From: Acidobacteriota bacterium | GTDB lineage: Bacteria; Acidobacteriota; Vicinamibacteria; Marinacidobacterales; Marinacidobacteraceae | Reading direction: 5' to 3' | NCBI GenBank assembly: GCA_022820545.1 | Contig: JAJEFG010000107.1 | Coordinates: forward strand, 29,579-93,578 | Length of the DNA stretch: 64,000 bases | Shown: in pieces, positions 51,025-61,522 of the stretch | Layout of the letters: each line of letters starts with the position of its first letter | Numbering within the stretch: position 1 is the first letter of the stretch | The notes under the pieces: model-generated | Database searches by the model: none | What the model was told of the DNA's origin: nothing | The model's input: only the letters and a program-made list of their open reading frames with translations | Program-made: the position numbers and the translations under genes

Positions 51025-52926
51025 CTAACCGATCAGGTCGTTGAGGGCCTGCCGGTCGATGCGGATCTCGTAGCGCTCGCCCGCGGCCCCGACGAAGGCG
51101 GCCCAGATCCGTTGTTTCTTCTCTTCGGCCATCTGCGCCCGGAAGGGTTCCTTCTGCTCCTCGAACGTCGTCTCGGCAAAGCCCTCTTTTCCGTTGATCC
51201 GGACGACGGCGTAGCCGCGGTCCCCCTCGAGGGGGCCGACGACGTCTCCGACCTCGGCGCCGAAGACCGTCTCCTCGTGGTCGGGGAGCATTCCGGCGAT
51301 CCCCAGCGGACTGCCGCGGAACCAGCGCTCGAGGGGCGTGGGATCGGTTTCGGCGGTCCGGCCCCCGGCGACGAGGTCCCGGAGCGCCTGACCGGCCTCC
51401 TCGGCGAGGGAACGGGCCCGCTCTTCCTCGAGTCCGGCGATCACCTGCTCGCGAATGTCCTCGAATTCGGGAACGTGGGGCGGCCGTTCCTCGAGGACTT
51501 CCACGAAGCCGTAGCCGGTGGGGAGCCGGACCGGACCGCCCACCGCGCCGATCTCGAGTTCGAAAGCGAGCGCGGCGAGCCCGGCGGAACCGGCCCCGGC
51601 CACCGGGTCCCCGGCGGAGAAGTAGTCCGATTCCTGGGGGATCAGCAGCGGGTGGTCACGCGTCAGCTCGTCCAGCGAATCAGCGCCGTCCACGAGTCCT
51701 TCGAGTTCGATGGCCCGCTCGGTCAGGAGATCGCCGGCCTTCTCCTGCCGCAGGCGGCTCTCGATCTCACCCTCCACCTCGCTCAGCTCCCGGGTCTCCG
51801 CGGGTTGCCGGCTGTCGAGCCGCACCACGTGCCAGCCGTAGTCGGTGCGGACCGGATCGCTGATCTCGCCCGGCATCATGTTGAAGACCGCTTCGGAGAA
51901 CTCGGGCACCATCTCTTCCGGCCCGAAGACGCCGAGGGCTCCCCCCGCTTCCCGGGTCGCTTCGTCAGCGGAATAGGTCCGCGCGAGTTCGGCGAAGTCC
52001 TCGCCCGCCCGGGCCCGCTCGGCGAGACGGGCCGCGAGGGTGCGGGTGGCGTCCTCCTCGGCCTCGGTCTCCGCCTGCAGCAGGATGTGGCTGGCTTCCG
52101 CCTGCTCGCCCATCTGGTACTGGAAGAGGTTGCGGTTGTAGTAGCGCTGGATTTCGCGCTGCCGGACCGAGACTTCCTCGGCGAGGATCTGCTCCGACAG
52201 TGTCAGGTACCGGATCCGCCGCTGTTCCGGCACCTCGAACGCCGCCGGATCGGCCTCGTAGCGCTCGCGCGCTTCCGCCTCGGCGACCTCCACGTCGCCG
52301 CGCCGGCTATCGGTCGTCACGAACCAGACGTCGAGCGAGGCGCTCTCGTTGCGGCGCCGGTATTCCTCCCGCAGTTCCAGGTCGGACACGTGCGGCGACT
52401 CCGTGATCAGCGCCCGGAGCTTCTCGGTCATCAGGTCGGACCGGATGGAATCCTCGAAGTCCCGCGGGTTGAGCCGGGCGGCGCGCAGCATGGCGAGATA
52501 GGCGTCCCGGCCGATGAAGACGCCGTTGTCCTGAAAGGTGGGAGAGGTGGCGATACTGGTTCCGACTTCGGTGTTGGTGACCTCGATGCCGAGACGTTCG
52601 GCCTCCCGGACGAGAACCCGGCTCCGCACCAGTTCGCCCACGACCTGGTCCGGAATACCGAGTTGCCGCGCCAGGGCGGGAGAGAAGTCACCGCCGCTCT
52701 GTTCCTGGTACATGCGCGCCACGTTCCGGTAGCGGTCCAGGAAGGTCGATGCCGGGATCGCTTCGCCGTCCACCCAGGCGACGCCGCGGCGCATCGCGGC
52801 GGTGGCCGGATCTCCCATGAAATCGGGGAAATAAAGGGCGACGAACGCCAGGATGACCAGCCCGAGCAGGCCGGCGCCGAGGAACCAGCCGACGGACCGG
52901 CGGTTGCGGAAATACTCGAGGATCAT
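51025..52926 (-). CDS. Periplasmic chaperone/peptidyl-prolyl isomerase PpiD-like (parvulin domain)
   Basis: N-terminal TM anchor, SurA-like chaperone region, and a parvulin motif ASHILL. Confidence 0.7.
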   Translation of the reverse strand: MILEYFRNRRSVGWFLGAGLLGLVILAFVALYFPDFMGDPATAAMRRGVAWVDGEAIPASTFLDRYRNVARMYQEQSGGDFSPALARQLGIPDQVVGELVRSRVLVREAERLGIEVTNTEVGTSIATSPTFQDNGVFIGRDAYLAMLRAARLNPRDFEDSIRSDLMTEKLRALITESPHVSDLELREEYRRRNESASLDVWFVTTDSRRGDVEVAEAEARERYEADPAAFEVPEQRRIRYLTLSEQILAEEVSVRQREIQRYYNRNLFQYQMGEQAEASHILLQAETEAEEDATRTLAARLAERARAGEDFAELARTYSADEATREAGGALGVFGPEEMVPEFSEAVFNMMPGEISDPVRTDYGWHVVRLDSRQPAETRELSEVEGEIESRLRQEKAGDLLTERAIELEGLVDGADSLDELTRDHPLLIPQESDYFSAGDPVAGAGSAGLAALAFELEIGAVGGPVRLPTGYGFVEVLEERPPHVPEFEDIREQVIAGLEEERARSLAEEAGQALRDLVAGGRTAETDPTPLERWFRGSPLGIAGMLPDHEETVFGAEVGDVVGPLEGDRGYAVVRINGKEGFAETTFEEQKEPFRAQMAEEKKQRIWAAFVGAAGERYEIRIDRQALNDLIG

Positions 52927-53093
52927 GGCAACCGGCCATGGTACCGCCGCGGAGTCCCGGCCGGCAAACCCGGACAGGAAAACGCGCGGGTTGAGACTGT
53001 CACGATCGCGGTTTCACTGGTACTCTCTCGCCGCATTTCCCGTCCCGGTCTTCCTGAAATCCCCGACACAGTGCCGCGACCCGGCCTCGCCTG

Positions 53094-54122
53094 ATGCTCA
53101 AATATCTCCTCAGTCTCTTCTCCGTCGATCTCGCGGTAGATCTCGGGACCGCCAACACCCTCATCTATACCCAGGATTCGGGAATCATCCTCCGCGAGCC
53201 GTCCGTGGTGGCCATGAACACGGTCACCAAACGGGTGGAGGCGGTCGGGGCGGAGGCCTACGACATGGTCGGCAAGACCCCCGACCACATCAAGGCGATC
53301 CGTCCGATGCAGGACGGGGTGATCGCCGACTTCGAGGCGGCGGAGCGGATGATCAGCCACTTCGTCCAGAAGGCGCTGGGGAGGCGGCGCTGGGCGGCTC
53401 CCCGGATGGTGGTCGGCGTGCCGCTCAGGATCACCCCCGTGGAGCGGCGCGCGGTGCGCGACAGCGTGCTCCGGGCGCGGGCCAGCGAGGTGTTCCTGGT
53501 CCAGCAGCCGATCGCGGCCGCCATCGGCGCGGGACTCGACGTCACGACCCCCATCGGCTGCTGCGTGGTGGACATCGGCGGGGGCACGACCGACATCGCG
53601 GTCATCTCGCTGTCGGGCATCGCCGCCGGCACCTCGGTGCGCGCCGCGGGCGACATGTTCACCCAGGGGATCATCGAACACCTGCGGCGGGCGCACGGAC
53701 TGCTCGTCGGCGAGCGGACGGGCGAGCGGATCAAGATGGCCCTCGGCAGCGCCCGGCCGGGAATGCAGGCGCGGAGCATGGAGATCCGCGGCCGGGACCT
53801 TTCCCGACTGTCGCCGGCCACGCTGACGGTGACCGATCAGGACATCCGGGAGGGTTTGAGCGGTCCGCTGCACCAGCTCCTCACCGCGGTGGCGAACGTG
53901 CTCGAAAAGGTGGAACCGGAGCTGTCCGCCGACCTCGTGGAGAACGGGATTCTGCTGACGGGCGGGGGCGCTCTCCTCGAAGGGCTGCCGGAGCTGCTCG
54001 CCGACGAGACGAACCTGGCGGTCAAGGTGGCGGAGCACCCGCTCGACTGCGTCGTGAACGGCGCCGGCGTCATGCTGGAGCGCATGGACCTGCTCCAGCA
54101 GGTGTCCCGGCACGACGTGTGA
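53094..54122 (+). CDS. mreB: Rod shape-determining protein MreB
   Basis: The N-terminus is MLKYLLSLFSVDLAVDLGTANTLIY. It has an actin-like ATPase fold. Confidence 0.9.
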   Translation: MLKYLLSLFSVDLAVDLGTANTLIYTQDSGIILREPSVVAMNTVTKRVEAVGAEAYDMVGKTPDHIKAIRPMQDGVIADFEAAERMISHFVQKALGRRRWAAPRMVVGVPLRITPVERRAVRDSVLRARASEVFLVQQPIAAAIGAGLDVTTPIGCCVVDIGGGTTDIAVISLSGIAAGTSVRAAGDMFTQGIIEHLRRAHGLLVGERTGERIKMALGSARPGMQARSMEIRGRDLSRLSPATLTVTDQDIREGLSGPLHQLLTAVANVLEKVEPELSADLVENGILLTGGGALLEGLPELLADETNLAVKVAEHPLDCVVNGAGVMLERMDLLQQVSRHDV

Positions 54123-54194
54123 GCCGGCCGGGGTAACCTAGTGGGGACCCTGCGATCGGCAGGGCCGACGAGAGGGAGAGGTACGAGTTAGCCG

Positions 54195-55043
54195 GTGCCC
54201 GGGAAACGCGGCCACGGAATCCTTCTGGGGATCGTGTTGGCCGCGAACTTCCTGGGACTGACCTTTCAGGTGCGGAGCGGGATCAGCTTTCCGATCCGCG
54301 ACGGCCTGGCCGCGGTGTTCGGCGGGGGCCAGAGCCTGGTGCTGGGCTCCACCCGCGCGGTTTCGTCGTGGGTGGAGACCGTGGGGGAGGCGCACGAGAT
54401 GCGGCTCGCCCGCGACGAGTTGCGTGACCGGGTAGCCCGGCTCGAGTGGGAGCTGACCGTCCAGCGGGGCATGCTCGAGCGGGCGCGCGGGTTCACGGAC
54501 CTGGACGCCGCGGCGATGGACCTCGGCGAGCCGGTTTCCGGCGAGGTCGTGGGGGTCAGCGCATCGCCGCTGGATCGGACCGTCACCGTGAACCGGGGCA
54601 GCCGGCACGGCATCGAGCGGGACGCTCCGGTGATGGCGGCAAGCGGACTCGCGGGCCGGATCGTGGCGGTGGGGCCCGGGGTCAGCCAGGTCGAGCTGCT
54701 GTCGGCCTCCACCGCGGCCGTCGCCGTCATCACCTCCGGGAGCCGCACCCGCGGAGTGGTCCGGTCCGCCGCCGGGGAGGACGGCGCGAGCGGCTACCGG
54801 CTCCATTTCGTGCCCGTCGGGCAGACGATCGCCCTCGGGGAGGAGGTGATCTCGAGCGGGCTCGACCAGCTCTATCCGAAGGGGCTCCTGGTCGGACACG
54901 TGTCGGCGGTCCACGAGGGCGCCGGCCTGCTCCTCGAAATCGAGGTCGAGCCGGCCGTGGACTTCGACACCCTCGAACGGGTGTTCGTGCTGCCGCGCCG
55001 GGACGATTCCGGGATGGCGCCGGAGCCTGATGCGGCGCCATGA
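54195..55043 (+). CDS. mreC: Rod shape-determining protein MreC
   Basis: GTG start, TM anchor, coiled-coil, then a beta-domain. Confidence 0.8.
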   Translation: MPGKRGHGILLGIVLAANFLGLTFQVRSGISFPIRDGLAAVFGGGQSLVLGSTRAVSSWVETVGEAHEMRLARDELRDRVARLEWELTVQRGMLERARGFTDLDAAAMDLGEPVSGEVVGVSASPLDRTVTVNRGSRHGIERDAPVMAASGLAGRIVAVGPGVSQVELLSASTAAVAVITSGSRTRGVVRSAAGEDGASGYRLHFVPVGQTIALGEEVISSGLDQLYPKGLLVGHVSAVHEGAGLLLEIEVEPAVDFDTLERVFVLPRRDDSGMAPEPDAAP

Positions 55044-55525
55044 GCTACGCGCGCGCCGCCCTCGCGGTGATCGCCGCTTTCCTGCTCCAGACCGGGGTGC
55101 TTCCGCTCATCCTGGGTGGAGGGGTAACGCCGGATTTTCTGCTCGCCACCGCCGCGGCGGTGGCGCTGCTCGCGGGGCCGGGTCCGGCCATCGGGTTTGG
55201 TCTCGTGACGGGGCTCCTGCAGGATTCCTTCTCCGGTGGCCTGCTGGGGATGAACGGTTTTTCGAAGCCTCTGGTCGTTTTCCTGGCGGCCCGTGCACGC
55301 GAGTACCCTCCTCTGGACACCCGGGCCGGGATCCCGTTGCTGCTCCTGTTCGCCGCCGCCGCCGATCTGGTGATTCTCTGGGCGCTTGGCGAGGTTGCCG
55401 GATTCACCACGGTTCCCGCTCTCGAACTGGGGGCGGCCGGATTCGGGATCCCCATCACCGTGATCTACGGACTGCTGGTGGTCCGGTTCCTGCGGCCCCG
55501 GCCGGCGGGGTACCAGGCGCGATGA
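55040..55525 (+). CDS. mreD: Rod shape-determining protein MreD
   Basis: The ATGA overlaps mreC. It is a 161-aa polytopic membrane protein. Confidence 0.7.
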   Translation: MSYARAALAVIAAFLLQTGVLPLILGGGVTPDFLLATAAAVALLAGPGPAIGFGLVTGLLQDSFSGGLLGMNGFSKPLVVFLAARAREYPPLDTRAGIPLLLLFAAAADLVILWALGEVAGFTTVPALELGAAGFGIPITVIYGLLVVRFLRPRPAGYQAR

Positions 55526-55544
55526 GGCTCTTCGGAAACGCATC

Positions 55545-57320
55545 GTGATCCACGCCGAGTATCTCGCCCGCATCCGCCGGCGCCTGACCATCGCCCGCTA
55601 CCCGCTCTGGGCGTTCGTCATCCTGTTGACCGTCCGCTTCTGGCAGCTCCAGATCGTCCGGGGCGAGGAGTTCAGCAGCCTGGCCCGGGACAACTATCTC
55701 CAGACCGAGCGTCACCGCGCTCCCCGGGGACTCGTGGTGGACCGGGGCGGGCAGGTCCTCGCCCGGAGCGAGCCGTCGTTCACGCTCCTCGCCGATACGG
55801 CGGGACTCCGCCAGCTCGAGGACCTGGGACTGCTCGCCGTGGAGGATGAGGACCGCGCCGGCCTCGAGGCGCGCGCGGCGCGCGGCCCGGCGGTCGTGCG
55901 CTCCGGGATTCCGTTCGCCGAAGCGGCTTTCTTCGAAGCCCGCCGGCGGGAACTCCCCGGAGTCCGGGTGGAGTTCGTCCCGGCGCGGGACTACCCGCTC
56001 GGTCAAGCGACCGCGCACCTCCTCGGGTACGTCGGCGAGGTCACGGCGGCGCAGTTGCTGCTCGAGGAGTTCGTTACGGCGGCGTCCGGAGACCTCGTCG
56101 GGCAGGACGGGATCGAACGGGTCTACAACACGACCCTGGTCGGCTCGGACGGCTATCTGGACCGGGTCGTGGACAGCCGCCAGCGCGTCCTGGTCTCCGG
56201 CGGGCTGCGAAGGACGGAACCGGTTCGCGGCGAAACGCTGCAGCTCAACGTCGTCGGCGCCCTCCAGGAAGCGGCCCACCGCGCCTTCGGGGATCACCGC
56301 GGAGCCTTCGTGGCTCTCGATGTGCGGACCGGCGCGGTGCTGGGCCTGGGCAGCTATCCGGCGGAGAATCCCGAGGACTTTCGCGGCGACGCCGGCAGGT
56401 TCCGCGAGATGCTCGCCGACACGGCGACTCCGCTGCTCAACCGGGCGGTGCAGGGCCGGTACCCGCCCGGTTCGGCCTTCAAGCTGGTGACCGCCGCCGC
56501 GGGCCTGGGCGAGGGCGTGGTGGGGCCCGAAACCCGCATCACCTGCAACGGCCGGGCTCGGGTGGCGGGTCGGACCTTCCACTGCCACCGCACCGAGGGG
56601 CACGGCTCCCTGACGCTCCGCGAGGCGGTCTCGAAGTCGTGCAACGTGTTCTTCTATCGGCTGTCGGAAGCCCTGGACGTGGACGTCATCGCGTCCTACG
56701 CGCGGGCCTTCGGCCTGGGGGCGCCGACCGGCGTGGACCTCCGGAACGAGTCGACCGGCCTCGTCCCGACCCGCGAATGGAAGCGGCGCGCCACGGGGGA
56801 GCGTTGGTACGCGAGCGAGACGGCCTCGGTCGCCGTCGGCCAGGGAGCCGTCTCGGTGACCCCGATCCAGATGGCCCGGCTGGCGGCGGCGGTCGCCTCG
56901 GGGGGGAACATCCCGACGCCGAGACTTGTCGGCGTGGAACCCGGCGGAGAGGTGGGCGGAGTGATGCCCGAACACTTCGAGCTGATCCGCGACGGGATGC
57001 GGGACGCGGTGGTGTCGGGGACGGCGTGGCGGGCCCGGATGCCGATTGCCGAGGTGGCGGCCAAGACCGGAACGGCGCAGGTGGCGAGCGCCAGCATGGT
57101 GGCCCCCGACAACGAGGACCGGCCGTACGAGCTGCGCACCCACGCCTGGTTCGTGGGGTTCGCGCCGTTCGACGACCCGGAGATCGCGATTGCGGTGGTG
57201 GTCGAACACGGGGGAGCCGGAGGAACCGCGGCGGCGCCGATCGGAGGAGAGATCCTGCGGACCTTCTTCGAGGACTCACCCGACACCCGGGTCGTGGGCG
57301 GGGGAGGAGTGGACCAGTGA
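55545..57320 (+). CDS. mrdA: Penicillin-binding protein 2 (peptidoglycan D,D-transpeptidase MrdA)
   Basis: GTG start. Transpeptidase motifs SAFK, SKSCN and KTGTA are present. Confidence 0.85.
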   Translation: MIHAEYLARIRRRLTIARYPLWAFVILLTVRFWQLQIVRGEEFSSLARDNYLQTERHRAPRGLVVDRGGQVLARSEPSFTLLADTAGLRQLEDLGLLAVEDEDRAGLEARAARGPAVVRSGIPFAEAAFFEARRRELPGVRVEFVPARDYPLGQATAHLLGYVGEVTAAQLLLEEFVTAASGDLVGQDGIERVYNTTLVGSDGYLDRVVDSRQRVLVSGGLRRTEPVRGETLQLNVVGALQEAAHRAFGDHRGAFVALDVRTGAVLGLGSYPAENPEDFRGDAGRFREMLADTATPLLNRAVQGRYPPGSAFKLVTAAAGLGEGVVGPETRITCNGRARVAGRTFHCHRTEGHGSLTLREAVSKSCNVFFYRLSEALDVDVIASYARAFGLGAPTGVDLRNESTGLVPTREWKRRATGERWYASETASVAVGQGAVSVTPIQMARLAAAVASGGNIPTPRLVGVEPGGEVGGVMPEHFELIRDGMRDAVVSGTAWRARMPIAEVAAKTGTAQVASASMVAPDNEDRPYELRTHAWFVGFAPFDDPEIAIAVVVEHGGAGGTAAAPIGGEILRTFFEDSPDTRVVGGGGVDQ

Positions 57321-57348
57321 GCCATTCCCGTCCCGGGAGGTACGCGCC

Positions 57349-58452
57349 ATGGAACTGAGAGCGCGCGAGGGCGTGGACCGGGTGCTTCTCGTCTGCGTGG
57401 GACTCCTGGTCGCGATCGCGCTGCTGCTGCTGGAGAGCGCCCTGCGGGGGGTCGCTTCCGGGGCCACCCTCGGGGCGCATCTGATCCGGCTCGGGCTCGC
57501 TCTCGGAGTCGGCGTGGTCGCGTACCACATGGATCACCGCCAGCTGGCTCGCCTGTCCCCGGCGCTGTTCCTGTTGGCGCTCGGCCTCAGCGCGATCGCC
57601 ATCACTTCCGGGGCCCTCCGGGCGGGAACCCGCCGCTGGCTCGAGGTGGGGGCCCTGACGGTGCAGCCCGGCGAGCTGGCGAAGATCTCCCTGGTGCTGC
57701 TGCTGGCCCATCTGATCGCCCGCTCCCGGCACGAACCGATGAGCCGCCGCGCCACGGTCGGCTGGATCGCGGCGTCGGGCGCCCTCGTGCTGGCGGTGGC
57801 GGCACAGCCCGATCTCGGGAGCGCGGCGATCCTGTTCGGCATCGGGGTCGGGATGGTGTTTTTCAGCGGCGTGACGATCTCCCGCAAGTGGATGCTGGCC
57901 GCCGGCGGCAGCGCCGTTCTGGCCCTGCCGCTGATCTGGGCGTTCGGCCTGCGTGACTACCAGCGAACCCGAATCCTCTCCTTCCTGAACCCGGAGAGCG
58001 ATCCGCTCGGGGCGGGGTATCAGACGCTGCAGGCTTCCATCGCGGTCGGTTCCGGCGGCCTCTTCGGTACCGGGTGGCTCCAGGGCCCGCAGACCAGCCT
58101 CCAGTTTCTCCCGGCGCCCCACACCGACTTCGTCTTCGCGGTGCTTGCCGAGGAGTTCGGGTTCCTGGGCGTGGTCGCCGTTCTCGCGCTCTACCTGGTC
58201 CTCGGCCTGCGTCTCCTGCAGATCGCGGTGGAAGCGGTCGAGAACAAGGATCCGACCGGCGCCTTCATGGTCGGGGGCTTCTTTCTGATGCTCCATCTCC
58301 AGGCGCTCTACAACATCGCGATGGTGGCGGGGATCGTCCCCATCAAGGGCTTCCCCCTGCCGTTCATGAGCTACGGAGGGAACTCGCTGCTGATCGCCGC
58401 GGCGGCCATCGGCCTGGCCGCCTCGGTGCGCCGCCGCAACTTCCTTACGTAG
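57349..58452 (+). CDS. rodA: Rod shape-determining protein RodA (SEDS family)
   Basis: In-frame Met within ORF 57046..58452, with GGAGG 8 nt upstream. FtsW/RodA motifs GGNSL and the C-terminal PFMSYGG are present. Confidence 0.85.
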   Translation: MELRAREGVDRVLLVCVGLLVAIALLLLESALRGVASGATLGAHLIRLGLALGVGVVAYHMDHRQLARLSPALFLLALGLSAIAITSGALRAGTRRWLEVGALTVQPGELAKISLVLLLAHLIARSRHEPMSRRATVGWIAASGALVLAVAAQPDLGSAAILFGIGVGMVFFSGVTISRKWMLAAGGSAVLALPLIWAFGLRDYQRTRILSFLNPESDPLGAGYQTLQASIAVGSGGLFGTGWLQGPQTSLQFLPAPHTDFVFAVLAEEFGFLGVVAVLALYLVLGLRLLQIAVEAVENKDPTGAFMVGGFFLMLHLQALYNIAMVAGIVPIKGFPLPFMSYGGNSLLIAAAAIGLAASVRRRNFLT

Positions 58453-58494
58453 CCGCCGCGCTGCAGAATGTGGCGCGGACCCATGGGGAACCCC

Positions 58495-58521
58495 CGGCCT
58501 CCAGGCCGGCGCGCGCCGGCC
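58495..58521. repeat. Degenerate REP-like palindromes CCGGCCT-CC-AGGCCGG and GCCGGCGCGCGCCGGC
   Basis: Two overlapping perfect GC palindromes lie in the rodA-rng spacer. They are related to the family A core. Confidence 0.5.
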
Positions 58522-58606
58522 GCCGGCCAGTGCTCCGGGCGCAGGGATCGGCCGGCTTCCGTGCTACGGTTTCGGCGAACGCCCCGCTGCCCATGCCCGT
58601 AGTTCT

Positions 58607-60214
58607 GTGTATCGAGAGCTGATCGTCACCAGCCTTCCGGGCGAGACCCGAATGGCTCTCCTCGAGGATGGAGTGGTGGTGGAACTCGGTGTCGAACACC
58701 GTTCCGAGCAGAGCGTGTTGCACGGGATCTACCGGGGACGGGTGCAGCGGGTGGTGCCCAGCACCCAGGCGGCCTTCCTGGACATCGGACTGCACCGCAA
58801 CGCCTTCCTGCAGATCGATCAGATTCCGCGCGGAGCGCTGGATGCCTGGCGGGAAGAAGGCCGCTTGCCGGAAGCCGAGCCGGACGGAGCCGCGAACGGG
58901 AACGGGTCGGGAACGTCCGGACTCCGGCTGGAGAACATGCTGCGCGCCGGACAGCCCGTGCTGGTGCAGGTCGTCCGGGAGCCGCTCGGGCCCAAGGGTT
59001 ACAAGGTCAGTTGCGATCTCAATCTCCAGGGGCGGTTCTTCGATTTCCGGCCGCTGGCGCCCACCGGGATCATCACCTCGAGAGCCACGGCGGGACCCCG
59101 GGAGCAGCTCCGCATCGCGGCGCTGGTCGAGCGCCGGAGCACGCTGAAAGGAGAGTGGGTCGCGCGTTCCACCGCGGAGCAGCGCGACGAGGAGACGCTC
59201 TCGGCGGACATCACGCGCCTCGAGGCCGATTGGGCCGAGATCCGGAAAGAGAGCCTCTCTGGTCCGCCGGCCTGTCTCCGGGCCGAGGTGCCGATGGTGT
59301 TCCGCTACATCCGGGACGTGCTCTCCTCGGGATTCAGCGTCATCCGGGTGGACAGCGAGACGCTCTACGGACGGATGGTGAACTTCATCCGCCAGTTCCT
59401 TCCGGGAATGGAGCACAAGGTTCGGCTCTATTCGCGGAACTACCCGATCTTCGAGGAATACGGGGTCGAGGTGGCCTTCGAGCAGGCGACCCGGCGCCGG
59501 GTGCGTCTCCCCTCGGGCGGGTCGATCGTGATCGATCAGACGGAAGCCCTCGTGGCCGTGGACGTGAACACCGGCAGCTTCACCGGCGACACCGGGGAGC
59601 GCGACGAGACGAACACCGTCACGAATCTCGAGGCGGCGGTGGAGACCGCGCGCCAGCTCCGGTTGCGCGGACTCGGCGGGATCATCGTGATCGATTTCAT
59701 CGACATGAAGGAGGGCCGGAACCGGGACCGCGTATTCCGGACCCTGCAGGGCGAACTGCGCCGGGATCCTGCCTTCACCCGGGTCGCGCCGCCCGAATCG
59801 AGGGCCGGGCTGGTCATCGTTACCCGGAAACGGGAGCGCCCCTCGCTCGAGTCCGCGCTCCTGGCTTCCTGTCCGGCGTGCCGGGGATCGGGCCGGGTGC
59901 GGTCACTGGGCGCCGTTTGCCAGGACATCCTGGTCCGCGCCCAGAAGAAGTCGGGAGAGTTCCGCGCCGGACTCGTGATCCGCGCCGCGCCGTCCGTGGC
60001 GTCGGCAATCCGCCGGTCCGCGGTCCTGCCCGAGATCCGGACCGTGGTGGCGGGGCCGGTGGCGATCGAGGACGCGCCGGCGCTGCCGGAGCCGCAGTTC
60101 GAACTCGTTCCGGGATCGGTGGAGCACGAGGGCGACGCCGAGACCGGATCCGGAGCCCCCGGGGAGTTCCTGCCGGACGCGGCCGTGCCGGAACCGAGCC
60201 TGAAGTCCGCGTGA
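58607..60214 (+). CDS. rng: Ribonuclease G/E-family endoribonuclease (Rng/CafA-like)
   Basis: GTG start. An S1 domain is followed by the RNase E/G catalytic core (VAVDVNTGSFTG, IIVIDFIDM). Confidence 0.8.
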   Translation: MYRELIVTSLPGETRMALLEDGVVVELGVEHRSEQSVLHGIYRGRVQRVVPSTQAAFLDIGLHRNAFLQIDQIPRGALDAWREEGRLPEAEPDGAANGNGSGTSGLRLENMLRAGQPVLVQVVREPLGPKGYKVSCDLNLQGRFFDFRPLAPTGIITSRATAGPREQLRIAALVERRSTLKGEWVARSTAEQRDEETLSADITRLEADWAEIRKESLSGPPACLRAEVPMVFRYIRDVLSSGFSVIRVDSETLYGRMVNFIRQFLPGMEHKVRLYSRNYPIFEEYGVEVAFEQATRRRVRLPSGGSIVIDQTEALVAVDVNTGSFTGDTGERDETNTVTNLEAAVETARQLRLRGLGGIIVIDFIDMKEGRNRDRVFRTLQGELRRDPAFTRVAPPESRAGLVIVTRKRERPSLESALLASCPACRGSGRVRSLGAVCQDILVRAQKKSGEFRAGLVIRAAPSVASAIRRSAVLPEIRTVVAGPVAIEDAPALPEPQFELVPGSVEHEGDAETGSGAPGEFLPDAAVPEPSLKSA

Positions 60215-60666
60215 GCCCGGAAAGCGAGCCCGTGACGGTTCGGCTCGACGTCGAGACCCGGATCGAATGGGTTGAAGTCGTACTGGGAGTCTTCGAACGT
60301 CACTGCGCCCAGTGCGGCTACGAGCCGGACGCGACGCACTGGATGGGAGCGGCGGTCCGGGAGGCGGTGACCAACGGGATGCGCCACGGAAACCGCATGG
60401 ATCCCACGAAACGCCTGCGGATCCAGATCGAGACCCGCGACGGCAGCGGCGGGGGTCCCGCGGTCCGGATCGCCGTGGAGGACGAGGGGGAGGGTTTCGA
60501 CACGGCCGAAGTGCCGGATCCCCTGCTGGAGGACAACCTGCTCAAGGACAGCGGGCGCGGCATCTTCTTCATGCGCCAGTTCATGGACGGGGTGACCTGG
60601 ACCCGCACCGACCGCGGCGGAACGCGCGTCGTGCTGGTCCAGCGGCAAGGGCCCCGGACACCGTGA
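60211..60666 (+). CDS. Anti-sigma regulatory factor, HATPase_c Ser/Thr kinase (RsbW/SpoIIAB-like)
   Basis: The GTG start overlaps the rng stop (GTGA). The motifs are EAVTNGMRHGN...DEGEGFD...GRGIFFM. Confidence 0.6.
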   Translation: MSPESEPVTVRLDVETRIEWVEVVLGVFERHCAQCGYEPDATHWMGAAVREAVTNGMRHGNRMDPTKRLRIQIETRDGSGGGPAVRIAVEDEGEGFDTAEVPDPLLEDNLLKDSGRGIFFMRQFMDGVTWTRTDRGGTRVVLVQRQGPRTP

Positions 60667-61502
60667 GGAGCGCCGCTGCCCGGGCCTGCGTCGAGGCGGC
60701 GGAAGCCGGGGCGGCGGTCGTCCGGAAGGCCCATCGCGCCCGTGGGGAGCGCGGCTTCGGGATCGATCTCAAGGGCCCGATCGACCTGGTAACGGCAGTG
60801 GATCACGCCGCCGAGACCGTGATCGTCGAGTGCCTGCGGCGGCTGCAGCCCCAGGTGCCCATCCTGGCGGAAGAACGCGGTGTGGTCGGTGGTTCGAGAA
60901 CCGGGTGCCGCTTCATCGTCGATCCGCTGGACGGGACCACCAACTTCGCCCACGGGTTCCCGGTGTTCGCCGTGTCCATCGCGTATGAAGAAGGCGGGGA
61001 GGTCGTGGCCGGCGCGGTCCTCGATCCCGTCCGCGAAGAGCTGTTCACCGCGGAGGCGGGCCAGGGAGCGCACCTGAACGGCGTTCCGATCCGGGTCTCG
61101 CCGACGGCGGACATGCAACGCGCGCTGCTGGCCACCGGGTTTCCCTACTCCTCGGAAGCGATGGACCGGGCGCTGGACCTGTTCGTCCGCGTGATGCGGC
61201 GCGTGCGGGCGGTGCGCCGCGCCGGTTCGGCCGCGCTGGATCTGTGCTGCGTGGCCGCGGGACGCCTCGACGCGTTCTGGGAGGAGGCGCTGAGGGCCTG
61301 GGACACCGCCGCCGGGGAGGTGATCGTGCGGGAGGCCGGCGGGGTCGTCTCGGACTTCGAAGGTCGGCCGTTCTCCAACGGCGGCCCGAACATCGCGGTG
61401 TCGAACGGGCCGCTGCACCCCGCCCTCCTGGAGATCCTCGCCGAGGCGAGCGCCGGGCGGCGCGCGGCAGCAACCGCCGTGTCGTCGGCTCCCGGCGGCT
61501 AG
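60663..61502 (+). CDS. suhB: Inositol monophosphatase family protein (SuhB-like)
   Basis: The GTG start overlaps the upstream stop (GTGA). The motifs are DPLDGTTNF and WDTAAG. Confidence 0.75.
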   Translation: MRSAAARACVEAAEAGAAVVRKAHRARGERGFGIDLKGPIDLVTAVDHAAETVIVECLRRLQPQVPILAEERGVVGGSRTGCRFIVDPLDGTTNFAHGFPVFAVSIAYEEGGEVVAGAVLDPVREELFTAEAGQGAHLNGVPIRVSPTADMQRALLATGFPYSSEAMDRALDLFVRVMRRVRAVRRAGSAALDLCCVAAGRLDAFWEEALRAWDTAAGEVIVREAGGVVSDFEGRPFSNGGPNIAVSNGPLHPALLEILAEASAGRRAAATAVSSAPGG

Positions 61503-61522
61503 CAGCCGGCAGCGGCTGGCCG

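Noticed and set aside
52927-53093. Putative sigma70 promoter (TTGAGA ... TACTCT) for mreB in the ppiD-mreB divergent spacer
   Set aside because: The spacing between the candidate -35 and -10 is ~24 nt, so it does not fit a canonical promoter, and I could not support it.
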